A DNA stretch of 64,000 nucleotides, taken from an uncultured Nitrospiraceae bacterium (GTDB lineage Bacteria; Nitrospirota; Thermodesulfovibrionia; Thermodesulfovibrionales; UBA6898). The notes below the pieces were generated by a model. It saw nothing but the letters and a program-made list of their open reading frames with translations, searched no databases and was not told where the DNA came from. The first letter of the stretch is position 1; every line of letters starts with the position of its first letter. The position numbers and the translations under genes are program-made. The stretch is from positions 416,001 to 480,000 of the forward strand of contig CAWEQH010000001.1 in NCBI GenBank assembly GCA_963811165.1, given 5' to 3'. This document shows positions 59,288 to 64,000 of this stretch, piece after piece.

Positions 59288-59439
59288 TAATGATATACCC
59301 TTGAAGGCATTGGTTTTTATAGATATTCTTCCCTCTGATGTTTTATCATAGAACCGGACCAACGGAAAAGAAAATTTATTTTTTCTAGGACCAAAAATCT
59401 ATAACTTTTTATTAAGAATTAAGAGCGTGTGGGGTTACC

Positions 59440-59868
59440 ATGCTTAACACCCATAAAAAGATGCCTTCTATTGTTGACACCGAAAGGGCGGAAAGGCTGA
59501 GAGAGGTATTGGTCGCCCTGTTCGAAGTCAACAAGAGGATACCTGTCATTGTTGAGGGGAAAAAAGACGCGGTCGCGCTGAAAAAACTCGGGCTCGTCGG
59601 CGATATTGTCATTCTCCATAGCGGGAAAGGGCTCTATGAATTCTGCGAGGAAATAGCCGACAAGTTTTCGAGGGTGATACTACTTCTTGACTGGGATGAA
59701 AAAGGGGAGAAATTGAATAGCCTTGTGTCTGATAACCTGAGCGGCCATTGGGAGGAATTTTCGGCCTTTAGGGGTATCATCAAGGTCCTCTGCCAGAAAG
59801 ATATAAAGGACATCGAAGGGATACCTAAACTACTTGGAAGGCTGGAGGGTGATGAATACCCTCGGTAG
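59440..59868 (+). CDS. Stand-alone Toprim-domain protein (COG1658/UPF0292-like)
   Basis: VIVEGKKD..AL..LG, VILLLDWDEKGE, KDIEG. Confidence 0.8.
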   Translation: MLNTHKKMPSIVDTERAERLREVLVALFEVNKRIPVIVEGKKDAVALKKLGLVGDIVILHSGKGLYEFCEEIADKFSRVILLLDWDEKGEKLNSLVSDNLSGHWEEFSAFRGIIKVLCQKDIKDIEGIPKLLGRLEGDEYPR

Positions 59869-60199
59869 GGAAGGTGAGGAACTCGCCGTCTCTTTCTGCA
59901 AGAAAAAGGGCTACAGAGTTTTGGAAAAGAACTATAAGACCGCATTTGGGGAGATTGACATTATCGCAAGAGACGGGAATGTCGTTGTCTTCATCGAGGT
60001 GAAGACGCGTGCCGATGACGCCTTCGGATATCCTTTTGAGGCGGTGAATGCCAGAAAAAGGGAAAAAATAAGAAAGGTGGCCCTCTGCTTTATGAAAAAA
60101 TTCAAGCAGGAAGTTCCCGCGAGGTTCGACGTCCTTAGCATCAGTCTTGAGGACGGCAGGAAGCGCGTAGAACACATTATCGACGCCTTCGAGGTCTGA
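59852..60199 (+). CDS. yraN: YraN/UPF0102 family endonuclease-fold protein
   Basis: GREGE, GEIDIIA, FIEVKTR, RFDV, IDAF; GGAGGG RBS. Confidence 0.93.
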   Translation: MNTLGREGEELAVSFCKKKGYRVLEKNYKTAFGEIDIIARDGNVVVFIEVKTRADDAFGYPFEAVNARKREKIRKVALCFMKKFKQEVPARFDVLSISLEDGRKRVEHIIDAFEV

Positions 60200-60406
60200 A
60201 CCGTTCTGTATTCAACTACTTTATAGTTTGCCTTACAGAAATTATCAACCTATTCAAAAATAATGTAATTTTTGTAGGGGTGCTTGGTCAAGGGGTGTTA
60301 TTCCCGCCCACCAGACAAAAATCAGCCAATCGGCAGATTTTAGGGGTGTGTGCTATTGTCACGGTGATTGAAGATGTGTTAGTTTATAAGTGTTTATTTG
60401 TCCTGT

Positions 60407-60482
<76 letters not shown>

Positions 60483-60584
60483 TTTTAATTCATGATATTT
60501 CAATAGGTTAGCTATCCTCTGTTTCCTGTCTTATAAGCTATTGCCACCTGATTGTCTGGTTTTTATAAGGTTGATCTATGCTAC

Positions 60585-61325
60585 CTAATAGCAAGTCATC
60601 ATGTTGCCGTTGAAGGAACAGGTTCGCGGTCTATCAAGGACATTAAAAAGCCTTTGCCGGTAGCTTGAACGTTCGAGACTGTCTGCGGCATTTTTAAAAG
60701 CCGCTTCAATCTGCCTATTTCGTGCCGCATCCTCAGCACTTTCCGTGTAGTAATTCCCTGCCTCTTTTCGTAATAAAGCGTATTCTCCTGCCTTACCTGC
60801 CAATAAACCATGTACTCCTGAGATGGCCCTCAGTATAGTAACCCAGTCAATACCCTTACGCATTTCTTCATCAAGCGCCGCGATAACTGCGGTCGACTCT
60901 CTTTCTGCCACTTCTGCTGCCTCCAGTAGTTCTGCGTTTTTGCGGTCAAACCATGAACTAGTGAGGGCAGAGGTAGGATTTTCATTCATATGTGAGAGAA
61001 ACTCCCTCAACGCCATCTCCCGCCCCTCAAAAGTGGAGGCATCGACAATCAGTTCGTTTACCTCTTTAATGTTTAAAAGAACTGCGTTCCATAGCTCAGC
61101 CGGACTGAGCGTCTTAGGATACGCAGCGGGAGTGAATCTCACGGCATCTTGTTCAAAGACGTACTTCTTTTTGTAAGAATAGGTGCTATGATACTCCTGC
61201 AAACGAGCAGACCAGGCATGCTGATAGGAGTCATGAAGTCTTACCTGTGAGACCGCGCAAGAAGCAGTAAGAAATAGCAGCGCGAAGGCTAGGCTTCTTA
61301 TCCCTTTCCTTTTCATTTTCATCAC
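60585..61325 (-). CDS. Hypothetical helical lipoprotein
   Basis: Basic N-terminus, hydrophobic stretch, lipobox TASC. Confidence 0.65.
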   Translation of the reverse strand: MMKMKRKGIRSLAFALLFLTASCAVSQVRLHDSYQHAWSARLQEYHSTYSYKKKYVFEQDAVRFTPAAYPKTLSPAELWNAVLLNIKEVNELIVDASTFEGREMALREFLSHMNENPTSALTSSWFDRKNAELLEAAEVAERESTAVIAALDEEMRKGIDWVTILRAISGVHGLLAGKAGEYALLRKEAGNYYTESAEDAARNRQIEAAFKNAADSLERSSYRQRLFNVLDRPRTCSFNGNMMTCY

Positions 61326-61652
61326 CCCAATTCAGTTATCTCGTATTCATCATAGCAAAATTACGGAAAAAGCTAAATAGACGAGGCCCCGGTCTTCCAG
61401 GGCCTTTTCTTGTCCTCAGTCTTCATATCACGTGCAAGAAATTCGGAGGATTTTGTGGACGGGGCGACTGCGGATAGCACCGGCTAAAAAACGGGTTCCA
61501 ATCATGTGCAACAATAAAGATTCCCCCTTGAAATCCAGACCATTATATCACCCCCCGAAAGGTGATGAGGAAGAAAAAAGTTCTCAGAACTATGAGCTTC
61601 AGTAACATACACTTTTATTCCAGCGACAGATGAAGATCGTATACCGTTGACG

Positions 61653-63182
61653 TCAAAGCTGACGGAAAATTCGTGGATCAATCGCTGCGGCAGCAAGAAT
61701 TCCTCCCATCATGGCTCCTGTTATCCCTGGAGTCACCACATCTTGGCCTGCTAAATACAACCCTTTGACAGGGGTTCTTACATGAAGACTACGGGAGAGA
61801 AAACGCTGCGGCGTAGTCTCAAGCCCGTAGGACGTGCCCTGCTGTCTTCTCACAAAATGAGCCATTGAGAGCGGAGTTGACAGTTCATGGTATGTGATCA
61901 AAGATGCAATCTCAGGGAAATGGTGTTTGAACCGGTTCAGCATTTTTTCTTCGATAAGCTGCTTAAACTCTTTGTAATCCTCAGGCCTGCTGCCATAGCT
62001 TGACTTCTCCCATTTACTGAATACATCCCAATTTACCGACGTGGTGACTGCGCCGGTATGTTTCTGCTTTTCTCCCGCTTCATGCTGCGGATCTTTTAAC
62101 GAGGGGAAAGATACAAACAGTACCGGAACATCCGTCGCTGCAGGATTGTTCCAAATAGCTGCGTTGGTATCCCAGGTCTCATAGGTCCAATGGTTTGCAG
62201 CTGTGGCACCGGCTGCACGGATGTCGCCCTCAAAGCCCAGGTAAAGACAGATATGGCAGAGTGAAGGCTTGAAGGTCAATATCGCCTGTGCCCATGCTGT
62301 GTTCGGCGAATATGCCGGCAGCAGGTGTTGGACGGTATCCCATGCACCTATAGTGGAGACCACTCTTTTGGCATGATGTTCGCTATTGTCTTCAAGGCGC
62401 ACGCCAGTGGCCTTGCCTTTCGTGACAAGTATCTCCTTTACGGGTGACTTGACTCTCACCTCACCTCCGGCATTCTTTATAGTCGGTATCAGTGAGTCCC
62501 CAAACGTCCGGGCGCCACCCACTGGATAAAACGCTCCACCCAGAAAATGGTTCATGATCATTGCATGCATCGCAAAGCTTCCCTCAGATGGCCTTTCACC
62601 GTAATCTCCCCACCGAGAGGTCAGTACCGATCTCAGCTTTTGGTCATGAATTATTTCGCTAAGCACTTCATCGGTCGTTCTTCCCCACCACTTTCGAATC
62701 CTGCCTGCCGTCCACAGTGAATAAATCCATGCCGGTAGACGGGGCAAAACACGCAACCTGAATAGTGCAGAAGATTCACGGGCGGTCCGTTCGAGAAGCG
62801 AGAAGAAGACATCAATCTCTCCAGCAGACCGTGGAAATCTCTCCTTAAGATTTTGTGTGAGAGCTTCGGCAGGACTTTCGAAGATAATTTTGAAGTCATC
62901 CGGGAAGTGTACAATGTCATAAGCTGAGCCAATAGGGGCCATCCTGATTGCGCCGTTAGATAACCAATCGAGGAGCCTCCGGGCCTGCCCCTCAGGCCCC
63001 ATGTCCCCAAGATAGTGGATACCGACATCCCATGTGAACCCTTTTCGGCTAAAGGTACTGGTTAGCCCACCAGTAATGTAGTGCTGTTCTAAAACCAGTA
63101 CTCTATGGCCGCATTTTGCCAGTGCGGATGCACATGCAAGACCACCAATCCCTGAGCCAATAACTATTGTGTCGTGGACCAT
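61653..63182 (-). CDS. FAD-dependent oxidoreductase, phytoene desaturase/retinol saturase-like (COG1233)
   Basis: IGSGIGG, LEQHY..GG, DVGIHY.G, YPVGG, STPLS, TPVKGLYLAGQD; AAGGAG RBS. Confidence 0.88.
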   Translation of the reverse strand: MVHDTIVIGSGIGGLACASALAKCGHRVLVLEQHYITGGLTSTFSRKGFTWDVGIHYLGDMGPEGQARRLLDWLSNGAIRMAPIGSAYDIVHFPDDFKIIFESPAEALTQNLKERFPRSAGEIDVFFSLLERTARESSALFRLRVLPRLPAWIYSLWTAGRIRKWWGRTTDEVLSEIIHDQKLRSVLTSRWGDYGERPSEGSFAMHAMIMNHFLGGAFYPVGGARTFGDSLIPTIKNAGGEVRVKSPVKEILVTKGKATGVRLEDNSEHHAKRVVSTIGAWDTVQHLLPAYSPNTAWAQAILTFKPSLCHICLYLGFEGDIRAAGATAANHWTYETWDTNAAIWNNPAATDVPVLFVSFPSLKDPQHEAGEKQKHTGAVTTSVNWDVFSKWEKSSYGSRPEDYKEFKQLIEEKMLNRFKHHFPEIASLITYHELSTPLSMAHFVRRQQGTSYGLETTPQRFLSRSLHVRTPVKGLYLAGQDVVTPGITGAMMGGILAAAAIDPRIFRQL

Positions 63183-63365
63183 TTCTACAAATAGTTCTCC
63201 TTCTAACTAAAATATCGATTACCATGTGTTATCGGCACCATTTTAGCAGACGTTGACGGTGTTGACTACAGGAAAAAGTCATTAAAGCGAGTCGTGATCC
63301 CCTCGAACGTTTAGTTCACCACGCTATACGTAACAAAACCTGCTTTTTCTTTTGTTGTCAGTAGG

Positions 63366-64000
63366 TTAAAGCCTACTATTTATAAGCTCTTTTTGTTCCC
63401 ATTCAAAGTTATCAGCTCTTATCGGCTGGGTATTCTGCAAAACAATCTTTATCGCTTTGAAGTAATCTCTCTGTACTTTGAGATTGGAGACTCTACAGTA
63501 ACATTGAGTTGTTGTAATCCGGCTGTGGCCCAATAGATCCTGTATGGTAACGAGATCGGCATCGGCGTTCAGGAGCTGTGTTGCCATAGTATGTCTAAGG
63601 TGATGACAGGATACCGCAGTCCCGGTCCTCTGTGCATAGTATTCAATCCTCTTTTGAATGCCGCGAACTGATATCGGCTTTCCCCTCAGCGGCCCCTTCT
63701 GCACTAAGAACACTCTTTTCTCCTTCGACCATTTCCGTTTCTGCATATACGCCTCTAAGGCACTCTGGGCATCTTCACTCAGGTAGACAACCCTGTCCTT
63801 GCTGCCTTTGCCATTGAAGACATAAAGCTGTCTGCTGCGATACTCTATCGCATCTACTGTCAGTCGTGCAACCTCTTCAACACGCAGACCACACCTGAGC
63901 ATTAGCATGAACATGGCTCGATCTCTGGTGTCATTGATCTCCCTAAAGAGAGTCACAATCTGTTCGTCTCTTAGATGTTTGGGCAATGGCCTGGGCAGAC
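63366..64000 (-). CDS. Tyrosine recombinase/integrase, C-terminal catalytic domain (5' end outside window)
   Basis: RDRAM..LM..CGLRVEE, GKGSKDR, HHLRH, LLGHS, TTQCY (R-K-H-R-H-Y residues). Confidence 0.92.
   Translation of the reverse strand, partial: LPRPLPKHLRDEQIVTLFREINDTRDRAMFMLMLRCGLRVEEVARLTVDAIEYRSRQLYVFNGKGSKDRVVYLSEDAQSALEAYMQKRKWSKEKRVFLVQKGPLRGKPISVRGIQKRIEYYAQRTGTAVSCHHLRHTMATQLLNADADLVTIQDLLGHSRITTTQCYCRVSNLKVQRDYFKAIKIVLQNTQPIRADNFEWEQKELINSRL

Noticed and set aside
63183..63365. Integron attC site and IntI
   Set aside because: No convincing RYYYAAC...GTTRRRY palindrome; the recombinase lacks the IntI-specific insertion

Overview
Bacterial chromosomal window of mostly core genes. 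Gene content suggests an anaerobic Nitrospirota/Desulfobacterota-like organism (inference only). In order: the end of a cobalamin operon (cbiL, cbiF, frameshifted cbiG-cbiH fusion, BPL_N-domain protein); a module in which a likely bacterial homologue of the eukaryotic Janus/Ocnus (PHPT1) phosphohistidine phosphatase sits between two paralogous 69-aa membrane proteins, one missed by the ORF track; a nucleic-acid enzyme cluster (hrpB, DEAD-box helicase, tex, UvrD/Rep); a SWIB protein with a histone-H1-like tail; a complete IS4-family element with 20-bp IRs and a 9-bp target duplication; M16 peptidase, rpiA and redox genes; a stand-alone IF2 C-terminal-domain protein; an octaheme secreted cytochrome with Pro-Thr repeats; an AT-rich islet with a pseudogene; hisI/hisE/HIT; DUF4390-ntrY-ntrX; a sigma54-type promoter ahead of two paralogous membrane proteins, followed by a 33-bp tandem array whose units are each an in-frame 9-codon mini-ORF; rnr, LOG, nadB; a type IV pilus operon (pilB-pilT-pilC-pilS-pilR plus an MshEN protein, no pilA); Toprim/YraN; tRNA-Ala(GGC); and the probable start of an integrated island with a tyrosine recombinase. 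Three frameshifts are all +1 homopolymer insertions and are probably sequencing errors. All family calls are by motif recognition; no searches were run.
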